NCBI GenBank assembly: GCA_012411765.1
Contig: GCA_012411765.1_3031.1
Strand: one strand, 5' to 3'
Source: a phage
DNA length: 64,000 nucleotides
This document shows positions 46,015 to 56,049 of this stretch, in pieces. Positions within the stretch are counted from its first letter, which is position 1; the number at the start of each line of letters is the position of its first letter. The translations under genes and the position numbers were made by a program. Under the pieces are notes generated by a model. The model was not told the origin of the DNA. It worked only from the letters and a program-made list of their open reading frames with translations, and did not search any database.

Positions 46015-46347
46015 TTAAAAAGGATCAGGAACGTATCCGCTAGCTTTAATCATTTTAATTAACGTTAACATTCCTTTGTTAACTGCTCGTGAGATTTCAT
46101 CAAAAGCTTCAGGATTAAAAAGTTCTAACACGCCCTTCTGAACTTTTAATTTACAGCCAACAATTTCTTCATCGCCTATAGTAAATTCATTACCACCAAT
46201 TCCTCCGAAAAACTTAATTACACCAGTTAACTGTCTTCCACGAGAATATGGGTCGTGTGATAAATTAATATGAGTCACCCCGGGTACAGTTTTAAATTGG
46301 CAGCGAATGTTTACTTGGGAAATTCCAGTTACATGAATATCAGACAT
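46015..46347 (-). CDS. Hypothetical protein (110 aa)
   Basis: ATG-start ORF. Confidence 0.55.
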   Translation of the reverse strand: MSDIHVTGISQVNIRCQFKTVPGVTHINLSHDPYSRGRQLTGVIKFFGGIGGNEFTIGDEEIVGCKLKVQKGVLELFNPEAFDEISRAVNKGMLTLIKMIKASGYVPDPF

Positions 46348-46357
46348 AATATTTTCC

Positions 46358-46600
46358 TCAAACAGACTTTTTCACAATTTTCCAATCAGCTTTAAACTGT
46401 TCAACGTCAGAATGGTAAATCCAGAATCCTGCGCTTTCTCCATCCTCATAAAGAGGGCATCCATCACATTCATCTTCCCATCCCATATCACGCAAAAGAC
46501 GTTCAGCTTTTTCAACAAGTTCAGAATCTTTACCAATAATATTAAAATACCATTTACCTCTAACTTCTGAATCTTTGATACTCTGACGTTGTAATCTCAT
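46358..46600 (-). CDS. Hypothetical protein (80 aa from ATG; track start is TTG inside the promoter)
   Basis: AAGGAG-N6-ATG at 46600; early promoter at 46626-46655. Confidence 0.55.
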   Translation of the reverse strand: MRLQRQSIKDSEVRGKWYFNIIGKDSELVEKAERLLRDMGWEDECDGCPLYEDGESAGFWIYHSDVEQFKADWKIVKKSV

Positions 46601-46625
46601 TTTATTCTCCTTAGTTGATAAGGCT

Positions 46626-46655
46626 ATAGTATCACTACCATAGCCTGTTGTAAAC
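46626..46655 (-). promoter_or_regulatory. Early promoter GTTTACA-N17-TACTAT
   Basis: Minus-sense GTTTACAacaggctatggtagtgaTACTAT. Confidence 0.55.
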
Positions 46656-46657
46656 AA

Positions 46658-46918
46658 TTATTTTTGAATTTTATCGAGCCACTTACCAAGCTTAATCATT
46701 TCTTTAGTAGCCTTTTCCATACTTCTGAACTTAACCAATAGAGGATAGGTATCGACACCCATAACTAAACTGGTTACAAGACTGTGTTCACCCACAAGCC
46801 ATAACGAATACGTTTGAATATCGAGCCCGTAATTTCTGTCTTTGTGGACCCGTACACCCATCACTTCAAATTTCTCACTAGCTTTTTCTACCGCATTCAG
46901 GAAATCATCTTTAGTCAT
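46658..46918 (-). CDS. Hypothetical protein (86 aa from ATG)
   Basis: Track start TTG; ATG at 46918. Confidence 0.5.
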   Translation of the reverse strand: MTKDDFLNAVEKASEKFEVMGVRVHKDRNYGLDIQTYSLWLVGEHSLVTSLVMGVDTYPLLVKFRSMEKATKEMIKLGKWLDKIQK

Positions 46919-46919
46919 A

Positions 46920-47300
46920 TTAGGCCTTAAAAGTTTTTCGCAAAAGTTCAATGATTTCGTCTACATTGTTTTCATCTACAATGCAGTGAATTTTTGTTAC
47001 GCCAGAAACCTTGTCTTTGACTTCATCTTTTTCAGAAGTCGGTTCTTTATACTCACGAAAACAATGAAATTCGTCTTCGCAAATTTCTAAAAGTCTATCT
47101 TTGAGGTAAAAATGCTTTCCATTTGCGCATTCAATGTGTTTTACTGCTTTATATCCGTTAGCGACGGAAACTTCTTTAACCTCAAACCATCCGCCATTAT
47201 CTCGAATGGCTTTAACTATTGATGAATTAGAACGTGGGCTATAATTAATAAATGTATCAATAAGTCTTGGAACAAGTTCATACTTTTTACCAGTATACAT
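46920..47300 (-). CDS. Hypothetical protein (126 aa), Cys/His-containing
   Basis: ATG-start ORF. Confidence 0.55.
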   Translation of the reverse strand: MYTGKKYELVPRLIDTFINYSPRSNSSIVKAIRDNGGWFEVKEVSVANGYKAVKHIECANGKHFYLKDRLLEICEDEFHCFREYKEPTSEKDEVKDKVSGVTKIHCIVDENNVDEIIELLRKTFKA

Positions 47301-47344
47301 TACGGTTTCCTCATTTTGATAGGGGCTTGATAGCCCCTTGATAA

Positions 47345-47575
47345 TTATTGTTCAATCAGTCCCATGTAAAATTCTGCGTCTTCAGAATCCATGCCATCAC
47401 AATATTCATTAGCCATAAAGCGGGTGAGGTCTTCAAGAGGACCTTCAATGACAATAGAAAAATTGCAATAATTGGGATCATCGTGAATACTTGTGATGCT
47501 AAGTTCAGGATAACGATTACGAATAATTTCTTCGATATATTCAAAATCAACGATGTCAATATCAACTTTAGCCAT
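47345..47575 (-). CDS. Hypothetical acidic protein (76 aa from ATG)
   Basis: AAAGAGGA-N7-ATG; track start is TTG. Confidence 0.55.
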   Translation of the reverse strand: MAKVDIDIVDFEYIEEIIRNRYPELSITSIHDDPNYCNFSIVIEGPLEDLTRFMANEYCDGMDSEDAEFYMGLIEQ

Positions 47576-47618
47576 ATTATTTTCCTCTTTAATCATCAGC
47601 AGTATTGCCGATAGTTGT

Positions 47619-47648
47619 ATAGTACCATGGAAGGACAAGGATGTAAAC
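47619..47648 (-). promoter_or_regulatory. Early promoter GTTTACA-N17-TACTAT (shares the motif tggtactatacaactatc with the motA promoter)
   Basis: Minus-sense GTTTACAtccttgtccttccatggTACTATACAACTATC. Confidence 0.55.
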
Positions 47649-47678
47649 TGTTTTGTGAAAAAAATTTGAAATAAAAAA

Positions 47679-47697
47679 GGGGACCTCTAGGGTCCCC
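47679..47697 (-). terminator. Terminator hairpin downstream of gene 32
   Basis: GGGGACC...GGTCCCC stem followed (minus sense) by T-run. Confidence 0.6.
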
Positions 47698-47719
47698 AAT
47701 TAATTAATAATATAATCTA

Positions 47720-48628
47720 TTAAAGGTCATTCAAAAGGTCATCCAGGTCCGTGTCATCAGCACTAGATGAACTGCCAGAGCTTGAGCTCATAAAATCATC
47801 TTCAGTTTTTGTATTGAAGTCATCAACATTGAATGCATCCAAATCATCAGCAACTTTATCAGCTTTCTTAGCAGCAGTCGCTGCGGCACCGCCCATCACA
47901 GCAGTTCCCATAACTTGACCGAATTTAGTATTCAGTTCTTCAAATGATTTGAATTTATCTTTAGAAGTCATTTCAGAAAGGTCAACCATTTGTTCGAACA
48001 GTTCTTTCTGGAAAGATTCATCATCAATGTTTGGAATCGCAGATTGATTCAGGAATTTAGATTCGTCGTAGTTACTAAATCCAGAAACTTGTTTAACTTT
48101 CAGTACAAAGTTAGCACCTTCCCACGGACAAGTTACATCAACTGGAGTTTCACCCATTTCAACATCAACCGCAATCATTGCATTGATTTTATCCCAGATT
48201 TTCTTACCGAAACGGTATTTAAATACTTTACCTTCGTTTTCTGGAGCAGCTGGGTCTTTTACTACAAGAATGTTAGCCCAGTAAGAAGTTTTACGTTTAA
48301 CAAGACTGTACTCTTTATTGTCAGTGTTGTACAGATCATTTTTACTAATGTATTGACATACTGGGCAAGAATCGTAATCACCGTGGGTAGATGAACAGTT
48401 TTCAATATACCATTTACCATTTTTCTTGAAACCGTGATTTACAAGAATTGCGAATGGTGCTTGTTCATCATTTTTAGACGGAAGAAAACGAATTACTGCT
48501 TGACCGTTACCCGCATTGTCGAGTTTCAGTTTCCACTCGCCTTTATCTTCAGAAGAAAAACCACCTTTATTTCCAGCCAGTTTAGCCATTTGTGCAGCGA
48601 GTTCAGCAGTAGATTTACGTTTAAACAT
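47720..48628 (-). CDS. 32: Single-stranded DNA-binding protein gp32
   Basis: [18 protein letters not shown]-terminus, zinc-binding Cys/His, acidic C-terminal tail ...DLDDLLNDL. Confidence 0.97.
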   Translation of the reverse strand: MFKRKSTAELAAQMAKLAGNKGGFSSEDKGEWKLKLDNAGNGQAVIRFLPSKNDEQAPFAILVNHGFKKNGKWYIENCSSTHGDYDSCPVCQYISKNDLYNTDNKEYSLVKRKTSYWANILVVKDPAAPENEGKVFKYRFGKKIWDKINAMIAVDVEMGETPVDVTCPWEGANFVLKVKQVSGFSNYDESKFLNQSAIPNIDDESFQKELFEQMVDLSEMTSKDKFKSFEELNTKFGQVMGTAVMGGAAATAAKKADKVADDLDAFNVDDFNTKTEDDFMSSSSGSSSSADDTDLDDLLNDL

Positions 48629-48727
48629 TTTTATTTCCTTTTTAATTTAATTAACAGTTGGTGCTATGACGATGTATGACCTCATAGCTGGTCAATGAGA
48701 TAATTATAATCTATTTATAATAAGCAA
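48629..48727 (-). promoter_or_regulatory. Gene 32 mRNA leader: AU-rich translational operator (UUAAAUUAAAAAGGAAAUAAAAAUG), upstream pseudoknot-like region and a late promoter (48712-48719)
   Basis: Minus-sense leader matches the classic gp32 autoregulatory operator architecture. Confidence 0.6.
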
Positions 48728-49381
48728 TTAATACTTACAAGATTTCACAGTTTCAATGAAAACACTTTTAGCTTTCTGTGAATCAATATTTAAAATTTTT
48801 CTATAAGCCTTTAACTTTATAGAATAATTATTCCAGACTAAATTATCAGTCTGTTCATCATGTTTATCAATTATATTTAAAAATGAATCAAGCAAGATAA
48901 ACGTCTCAAACGAAATTATGTTCGACTGAAGCAGTTTAAAAATATAACTTGATTGAACTTTTGGATTATATTCAAAAATTTCTTTAAAAGCAGAAACTTC
49001 AACTTTTTTACTAAAATAATAAATGTTGCGAATATCTTCTTCAAACTTAAATTTAATTTGCTTTAAGCGTCCGATATATTCACGATAAAACACAAGTGCA
49101 TCAGCGTCAGAGATGTCACCAATCCAAGCATCTTGGTTAGCAACAAGATTGCTTATAAAGATTAAAGCAAGTTCCTTTAATTTATATTTTTCTGATAACT
49201 TCTGGAAAAAATACTTATCCCTTCGCTTTTGATAAGCGGCATCAGACACCCGCATGCACCAATTATACTTAATAACATCATACTTTCCATTCATATGCTG
49301 TTTTATCATTAAGTATAATTTATAAACTGATTTACCATCAATGTATCTTTCACCACCAGCAGGCATGCGGAGTTTAATCAT
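48728..49381 (-). CDS. 59: Helicase loader gp59 (217 aa)
   Basis: 217 aa MIKLRMPAGGERYIDGKSVYKLYLMIKQHMNGKYD matches T4 gp59. Confidence 0.95.
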   Translation of the reverse strand: MIKLRMPAGGERYIDGKSVYKLYLMIKQHMNGKYDVIKYNWCMRVSDAAYQKRRDKYFFQKLSEKYKLKELALIFISNLVANQDAWIGDISDADALVFYREYIGRLKQIKFKFEEDIRNIYYFSKKVEVSAFKEIFEYNPKVQSSYIFKLLQSNIISFETFILLDSFLNIIDKHDEQTDNLVWNNYSIKLKAYRKILNIDSQKAKSVFIETVKSCKY

Positions 49382-49716
49382 AGTAGAAAATCTAATGTAT
49401 TAGTTTTTTCACAACGAACAACAGAAGGACGTAAAAGATTTTCGTCAATAGCTTCTGACTGAATTTTTTCAATTATACCCGAAGGAATAAATTTAGCAAA
49501 TTGAGTTTCAGGAATAGAATTTTCTTCCAAGAATGCTGTCGTAGCTTCAAGATAACTCATTCCAAACTCTTCTACCATTTTTTCAATAATAAATCCATTT
49601 TCTTGACGATCAAGAAGCTTTGCTATTTCATCCTTTTCTTTCTTAATTGAAAGTTCTTTTTCTGAAAGACCGGTCTCATCGACCGGACGAATATCATTTA
49701 GAGAAAACTGTGTCAT
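49378..49716 (-). CDS. 33: Late transcription co-activator gp33 (112 aa)
   Basis: ATG at 49716 gives MTQFSLNDIRP; track start is TTG. Confidence 0.85.
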   Translation of the reverse strand: MTQFSLNDIRPVDETGLSEKELSIKKEKDEIAKLLDRQENGFIIEKMVEEFGMSYLEATTAFLEENSIPETQFAKFIPSGIIEKIQSEAIDENLLRPSVVRCEKTNTLDFLL

Positions 49717-49963
49717 AAAGTTCAACTACCTCTTCAGTTTCAGCTTCAAACACATCACGGTTATCTTTATGATACAAAGCTAATAGACGATTAAACATCT
49801 TACCATCAACACCAAGTTCATCTTTGGCACGAATTCGAATATCTTTAATCAGTTCATTATAACCGGAAATTTTCAGTTTATGATCAGATGCTTCTTTAAT
49901 AAATTTAGCCAAGTCTTCGCCATGGATAGCTTCATCAAATTCAACCATTTCTTTTTTAGCCAT
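49694..49963 (-). CDS. dsbA: DsbA dsDNA-binding late transcription enhancer (89 aa)
   Basis: 89 aa, position between 33 and rnh. Confidence 0.8.
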   Translation of the reverse strand: MAKKEMVEFDEAIHGEDLAKFIKEASDHKLKISGYNELIKDIRIRAKDELGVDGKMFNRLLALYHKDNRDVFEAETEEVVELYDTVFSK

Positions 49964-49971
49964 TATTCACC

Positions 49972-50889
49972 TCAAAATTCATTAATGCTATTAGTTAATT
50001 TAGAAAGACCCGCTTTTACAAAATATGAATAAATTTTGCCACGCGGTGGTAATTTATATGAATTATAGTAATTCACAATGTTTGAAGCAATATTATCAGG
50101 AATATAATCAAAATCAATTAGAACTAAATTTTCTTTATAACGATTATATTCAGATTCTGTGAGAAGCACCTTAGCTTGCTCACGGTCATTAGCAATAGCT
50201 TCAACGATTGAAGTTTTCATTGAAGGAGTTCGTTCACCTTCAACTTTGGTAAACCAAAAGTCAGATCGTACTTTAACTGAAGCAACGTTATCCTTTTTGT
50301 CGCCTTTAAGGATTTTAGTCATACAGTCAATTTCAGCAGAACCGCTTTTAATTTTAACCCACTTCTTGTGCATCGGTGACCATTGCTTAACATTTGGATA
50401 TTTGTGAAGTTGTGTAAAGTCACCATCCGATGAAATGATTAAAATCTTATGTCCTTCTAAAGAGAACTTTTTAACAAGAACAGCAATGTGGTCATCTGCT
50501 TCATACTTATCAATATCCATAACAATGTATGGCATATAAGCTTTCAATTCATCTATAACTTTATGGCTGGATTCAAAATAACCTTCCCAGTCCCAAGTAG
50601 ATTCTTCTCGTGCTTTTCCACGGTTTTTCTTGTAATAGTAAGCAAAATCACGACGCCAGTATCCAGATTTCGCGTTATCAATACACAGTACAATTTTAGT
50701 GTATCCAAGCGTTTTTGCTTTTTTAACATTAAACTTAATTGAGTTCAATATCAAATGACGAACCATTGATAAATTAATTTTTTCTTTATCTGGGAAGTTT
50801 ACTAGAGCAGTTGAAAGAGCAATTTGACTAAAGTCAATAAAGCAAATTCCTTCTTTGTAATCTTCATCCAGCATCATTTCTAAATCCAT
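49972..50889 (-). CDS. rnh: RNase H / 5'-3' exonuclease (FEN-1 family, 305 aa)
   Basis: ATG at 50889 gives MDLEMMLDEDYKEG as T4 RNase H; track start is TTG. Confidence 0.93.
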   Translation of the reverse strand: MDLEMMLDEDYKEGICFIDFSQIALSTALVNFPDKEKINLSMVRHLILNSIKFNVKKAKTLGYTKIVLCIDNAKSGYWRRDFAYYYKKNRGKAREESTWDWEGYFESSHKVIDELKAYMPYIVMDIDKYEADDHIAVLVKKFSLEGHKILIISSDGDFTQLHKYPNVKQWSPMHKKWVKIKSGSAEIDCMTKILKGDKKDNVASVKVRSDFWFTKVEGERTPSMKTSIVEAIANDREQAKVLLTESEYNRYKENLVLIDFDYIPDNIASNIVNYYNSYKLPPRGKIYSYFVKAGLSKLTNSINEF

Positions 50890-50951
50890 ATGAACCTCGT
50901 TCAATTAGTGAGATTTCTATTATATACCATCCAAATCTTAAAGTAAACAAG

Positions 50952-50959
50952 TATAAATA
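50952..50959 (+). promoter_or_regulatory. Late promoter TATAAATA for gene 34
   Basis: gTATAAATAc about 35 nt upstream of gp34 ATG. Confidence 0.6.
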
Positions 50960-50993
50960 CTTATTATTGAAAACACAATAGGAGCCCGGGAGA

Positions 50994-53900
50994 ATGGCCG
51001 AGATTAAAAGAAAGTTCAGAGCAGAAGATGGTCTGGACGCAGGTGGTGATAAAATAATCAACGTAGCTTTAGCTGATCGTACCGTAGGAACTGACGGTGT
51101 TAACGTTGATTACTTAATTCAAGAAAACACAGTTCAACAATACGATCCAACTCGTGGATATTTAAAAGATTTTGTAATCATTTATGATAACCGCTTTTGG
51201 GCTGCTATAAATGATATTCCAAAACCGGCAGGAGCTTTTAATAGCGGACGCTGGAGAGCATTACGTACCGATGCTAACTGGATTACAGTCTCATCTGGTT
51301 CATATCAATTAAAATCCGGTGAAGCTATTTCGGTTAACACTGCAGCTGGTAATGATATTACATTTACTTTACCATCTACCCCAATTGACGGTGATACTAT
51401 CGTTCTCCAAGATATTGGAGGAAAACCTGGAGTTAACCAAGTTTTAATTGTAGCTCCAGTGCAAAGTATTGTAAACTTTAGAGGTGAACAGGTACGTTCA
51501 GTACTAATGACTCATCCAAAGTCACAGCTAGTTTTAATTTTTAGTAATCGTCTGTGGCAAATGTATGTAGCTGATTATAGTAGAGAAGCTGTAGTTGTAA
51601 CACCAGCGAATACTTATCAAGCGCAATCTAATGATTTTATCGTGCGTAGATTTACTTCTGCTGCACCAATTAATGTTAAACTTCCAAGATTTGCTAATCA
51701 TGGCGATATTATTAATTTCGTCGATTTAGATAAACTGAATCCACTTTATCATACAATTGTTACTACATACGATGAAACGACTTCAGTACAAGAAGTTGGA
51801 ACTCATTCCATTGAAGGCCGTACATCGATTGACGGTTTCTTGATGTTTGATGATAATGAGAAATTGTGGAGATTGTTTGACGGGGATAGTAAAGCACGTT
51901 TACGCATTATAACGACTAATTCTAATATTCGTCCAAACGAAGAAGTTATGGTATTTGGTGCGAATAACGGAACAACTCAGACAATTGAACTTCAGCTTCC
52001 TACTGATATTTCTGTTGGTGATACTGTTAAAATTTCCATGAATTACATGAGAAAAGGACAAACAGTTAAAATCAAAGCTGCAGGCGAAGATAAAATTGCT
52101 TCTTCAGTTCAATTGCTGCAATTCCCAAAACGCTCAGAATATCCACCTGAAGCTGAATGGGTTACAGTTCAAGAATTAGTTTTTAACGGTGAAACTAATT
52201 ATGTTCCAGTTTTACAACTTGCTTATATAGAAGATTCTGATGGAAAATACTGGGTTGTACAGCAAAACGTTCCAACTGTAGAAAGAGTTGATTCTTTAAA
52301 TGATTCTACTAGAGCAAGATTAGGCGTAATTGCTTTAGCTACACAAGCTCAAGCTAATGTCGATTTAGAAAATTCTCCACAAAAAGAATTAGCAATTACT
52401 CCAGAAACATTAGCTAACCGTACTGCTACAGAAACTCGCAGAGGTATCGCAAGAATAGCAACTACTGCTCAAGTGAATCAGAACACCACATTCTCTTTTG
52501 CTGATGATATTATCATCACTCCTAAAAAGCTGAATGAAAGAACTGCTACAGAAACTCGCAGAGGTATCGCAGAAATTGCTACGCAGCAGGAAACTAATAC
52601 AGGTACTGATGATACTACAATCATCACTCCTAAAAAGCTTCAAGCTCGTCAAGGTTCTGAATCATTATCCGGTATTGTAACTTTTGTATCTACTGCAGGT
52701 GCTACTCCAGCTTCTAGCCGTGAATTAAATGGTACGAATGTTTATAATAAAAACACTAATAATTTAGTTGTTTCACCTAAAGCTTTGGATCAGTATAAAG
52801 CTACTCCAACACAGCAAGGTGCAGTAATTTTAGCAGTTGAAAGTGAAGTAATTGCTGGACAAAGTCAGGAAGGATGGGCAAATGCTGTTGTAACGCCAGA
52901 AACGTTACATAAAAAGACATCAACCGATGAAAGAATTGGTTTAATTGAAATTGCTACGCAAAGTGAAGTTAATACAGGAACTGATTATACTCGTGCAGTC
53001 ACTCCTAAAACTTTAAATGACCGTAGAGCAACTGAAAGTTTAAGTGGTATAGCTGAAATTGCTACACAAGTTGAATTCGACGCAGGCGTCGACGATACTC
53101 GTATCTCTACACCATTAAAAATTAAAACCAGATTTAATAGTACTGATCGTACTTCTGTTGTTGCTCTATCTGGATTAGTTGAATCAGGAACTCTCTGGGA
53201 CCATTATACCCTTAATATTCTTGAAGCAAATGAGACACAGCGTGGTACACTTCGTGTAGCTACACAGGTTGAAGCTGCTGCAGGAACATTAGATAATGTT
53301 TTAATAACTCCTAAAAAGCTTTTAGGTACTAAATCTACCGAATCGCAAGAAGGTGTTATTAAAGTTGCAACTCAGTCTGAAACTGTGACTGGAACGTCAG
53401 CAAATACTGCTGTATCTCCAAAAAATTTAAAATGGATTGTGCAGAGTGAACCTACTTGGGCAGCTACTACTGCGATAAGAGGTTTTGTTAAAACTTCATC
53501 TGGTTCAATTACATTCGTTGGTAATGATACAGTCGGTTCTACTCAAGATTTAGAACTGTATGAGAAAAATAGCTATGCAGTATCACCATATGAATTAAAC
53601 CGTGTATTAGCAAATTATTTACCGTTAAAAGCAAAAGCTGCTGATACAAATTTATTGGATGGTCTAGATTCATCTCAGTTCATTCGTAGGGATATTGCAC
53701 AGACGGTTAATGGTTCACTAACCTTAACCCAACAAACGAATCTGAGTGCCCCTCTTGTATCATCTAGTACTGCTACGTTTGGTGGTTCAGTTTCGGCAAA
53801 TAGTACATTAACTATTTCTAATACTGGAACTGCAACTCGTCTGATTTTTGAGAAAGGACCTCAAACTGGAACTAACCCAGCACAGACGATGACTATTAGA

Positions 53901-54863
53901 GTTTGGGGAAATCAGTTTGGCGGCGGTTCAGATACAACACGTTCTACTGTATTTGAAGTTGGTGATGAAACGTCTAATCACTTTTATTCTCAACGTAATA
54001 AAGCTGGGAATATAACGTTTAGTATCAATGGTACTGTAATGCCAATAAACATTAATGCTTCGGGTTCTTTGAACGCGAACGGCGTTGCAACATTTGGTAG
54101 TTCAGTTACAGCCAATGGCGAATTCATCAGCAAGTCTGCAAATGCTTTCAGAGCAATAAATGGCGACTATGGATTCTTTATTCGCAATGATGCTGCTAAC
54201 ACATATTTTATGCTAACTAATTCGGGTGACCAGACAGGTGGTTTTAATGGATTACGTCCTTTAGCTATTAATAATGCATCTGGTCAAGTAACGATCGGTG
54301 AAAGCTTAATCATTGCTAAAGGTGCTACTATAAATTCAGGTGGTTTGACTGTTAACTCGAGAATTCGTTCTCAGGGTACTAAAACATCTGATTTATATAC
54401 CCGTGCACCAACATCTGATACGGTAGGATTCTGGTCAATTGATATTAACGATTCAGCTACTTATAACCAATTCCCGGGTTATTTTAAAATGGTTGAAAAA
54501 ACTAATGAAGTGACTGGGCTTCCATACTTAGAACGTGGAGAAGAAGTTAAATCTCCTGGTACACTGACTCAGTTTGGTAATACACTTGATTCACTTTACC
54601 AAGATTGGATTACTTATCCAACAACTCCAGAAGCGCGTACCACTCGCTGGACACGTACATGGCAGAAAACCAAAAACTCTTGGTCAAGTTTTGTTCAGGT
54701 ATTTGACGGAGGTAACCCTCCTCAACCATCTGACATCGGTGCTTTACCATCTGATAATGCTACAATGGGCAATCTTACTATTCGTGATTTCTTACGAATT
54801 GGTAATGTTCGCATTATTCCTGACCCAGTGAATAAAACTGTTAAATTTGAATGGGTTGAATAA
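50994..54863 (+). CDS. 34: Long tail fibre proximal subunit gp34 (1289 aa)
   Basis: 1289 aa, repetitive beta-rich sequence with repeated TATETRRGIA / ITPKKL motifs. Confidence 0.96.
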   Translation: MAEIKRKFRAEDGLDAGGDKIINVALADRTVGTDGVNVDYLIQENTVQQYDPTRGYLKDFVIIYDNRFWAAINDIPKPAGAFNSGRWRALRTDANWITVSSGSYQLKSGEAISVNTAAGNDITFTLPSTPIDGDTIVLQDIGGKPGVNQVLIVAPVQSIVNFRGEQVRSVLMTHPKSQLVLIFSNRLWQMYVADYSREAVVVTPANTYQAQSNDFIVRRFTSAAPINVKLPRFANHGDIINFVDLDKLNPLYHTIVTTYDETTSVQEVGTHSIEGRTSIDGFLMFDDNEKLWRLFDGDSKARLRIITTNSNIRPNEEVMVFGANNGTTQTIELQLPTDISVGDTVKISMNYMRKGQTVKIKAAGEDKIASSVQLLQFPKRSEYPPEAEWVTVQELVFNGETNYVPVLQLAYIEDSDGKYWVVQQNVPTVERVDSLNDSTRARLGVIALATQAQANVDLENSPQKELAITPETLANRTATETRRGIARIATTAQVNQNTTFSFADDIIITPKKLNERTATETRRGIAEIATQQETNTGTDDTTIITPKKLQARQGSESLSGIVTFVSTAGATPASSRELNGTNVYNKNTNNLVVSPKALDQYKATPTQQGAVILAVESEVIAGQSQEGWANAVVTPETLHKKTSTDERIGLIEIATQSEVNTGTDYTRAVTPKTLNDRRATESLSGIAEIATQVEFDAGVDDTRISTPLKIKTRFNSTDRTSVVALSGLVESGTLWDHYTLNILEANETQRGTLRVATQVEAAAGTLDNVLITPKKLLGTKSTESQEGVIKVATQSETVTGTSANTAVSPKNLKWIVQSEPTWAATTAIRGFVKTSSGSITFVGNDTVGSTQDLELYEKNSYAVSPYELNRVLANYLPLKAKAADTNLLDGLDSSQFIRRDIAQTVNGSLTLTQQTNLSAPLVSSSTATFGGSVSANSTLTISNTGTATRLIFEKGPQTGTNPAQTMTIRVWGNQFGGGSDTTRSTVFEVGDETSNHFYSQRNKAGNITFSINGTVMPININASGSLNANGVATFGSSVTANGEFISKSANAFRAINGDYGFFIRNDAANTYFMLTNSGDQTGGFNGLRPLAINNASGQVTIGESLIIAKGATINSGGLTVNSRIRSQGTKTSDLYTRAPTSDTVGFWSIDINDSATYNQFPGYFKMVEKTNEVTGLPYLERGEEVKSPGTLTQFGNTLDSLYQDWITYPTTPEARTTRWTRTWQKTKNSWSSFVQVFDGGNPPQPSDIGALPSDNATMGNLTIRDFLRIGNVRIIPDPVNKTVKFEWVE

Positions 54864-54871
54864 GAGGTATT

Positions 54872-55987
54872 ATGGAAAAATTTATGGCAGAGTTTGGACA
54901 AGGATATATCCAAACGCCATTTTTATCGGAAAGCAATTCAGTAAGATATAAAATAAGTATAGCGGGTTCTTGCCCGCTTTCTACAGCAGGACCATACGTT
55001 AAATTTCAGGATAATCCTGTAGGAAGTCAAACATTTAGCGCAGGCCTTCATTTAAGAGTTTTTGACCCTTCTACAGGAGCATTAGTTGATAGTAAGTCAT
55101 ATGCTTTTTCGACTTCAAATGATACTACATCGGCTGCTTTTGTTAGTTTCATGAATTCTTTGACGAATAACAGACTTGTTGCTATATTAACTAGCGGAAA
55201 GGTTAATTTTCCTCCTGAAGTAGTATCTTGGCTAAGAGCTGCAGGAACGTCTGCTTTTCCATCTGATTCTTTATTGTCAAGATTTGACGTATCATATGCT
55301 GCTTTTTACACTTCTTCTAAAAGAGCTATTGCATTAGAGCATGTTAAACTAAGTAATAGAAAAAGCACAGATGATTATCAAACTATTTTAGATGTTGTAT
55401 TTGACAGTTTAGAAGATGTCGGAGCTACCGGGTTTCCAAGAAGAACGTATGAAAGCGTTGAGCAATTTATGTCAGCGGTTGGTGGAACTAATAACGAAAT
55501 TGCGCGTCTACCAACTTCAGCTACTATAAGTAAATTATCTGACTATAATTTAATCCCTGGTGATGTTCTTTATCTTAAAGCACAGTTATATGCCGATGCC
55601 GATTTACTTGCGCTTGGAACTACAAATATATCTATCCGTTTTTATAATGCATCGAATGGATATATTTCCTCGACACAAGCTGAGTTTACCGGGCAAGCTG
55701 GGTCTTGGGAATTAAAAGAAGATTATGTGGTTGTTCCAGAAAACGCAGTAGGATTTACGATATACGCACAGAGAACTGCACAAGCTGGCCAAGGTGGCAT
55801 GAGAAATTTAAGCTTTTCTGAAGTATCAAGAAACGGCGGTATTTCAAAACCTGCTGAATTTGGCGTCAACGGTATTCGTGTTAATTATATCTGTGAATCT
55901 GCTTCACCTCCGGATATAATGGTACTTCCTACACAAGCATCGTCTAAAACTGGTAAAGTGTTTGGGCAAGAATTTAGAGAAGTATAA
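54872..55987 (+). CDS. 35: Long tail fibre hinge protein gp35
   Basis: 371 aa between gp34 and gp36. Confidence 0.9.
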   Translation: MEKFMAEFGQGYIQTPFLSESNSVRYKISIAGSCPLSTAGPYVKFQDNPVGSQTFSAGLHLRVFDPSTGALVDSKSYAFSTSNDTTSAAFVSFMNSLTNNRLVAILTSGKVNFPPEVVSWLRAAGTSAFPSDSLLSRFDVSYAAFYTSSKRAIALEHVKLSNRKSTDDYQTILDVVFDSLEDVGATGFPRRTYESVEQFMSAVGGTNNEIARLPTSATISKLSDYNLIPGDVLYLKAQLYADADLLALGTTNISIRFYNASNGYISSTQAEFTGQAGSWELKEDYVVVPENAVGFTIYAQRTAQAGQGGMRNLSFSEVSRNGGISKPAEFGVNGIRVNYICESASPPDIMVLPTQASSKTGKVFGQEFREV

Positions 55988-55992
55988 ATTGA

Positions 55993-56015
55993 GGGAGCCT
56001 TCGGGTTCCCTTTTT
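55993..56015 (+). terminator. Intrinsic terminator after gene 35
   Basis: GGGAGCC-TTCG-GGTTCCC followed by TTTTT. Confidence 0.65.
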
Positions 56016-56018
56016 CTT

Positions 56019-56026
56019 TATAAATA
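56019..56026 (+). promoter_or_regulatory. Late promoter TATAAATA for gene 36
   Basis: TATAAATA about 25 nt upstream of gp36 ATG. Confidence 0.6.
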
Positions 56027-56049
56027 CTATTAAAATAAAGGGGCATACA

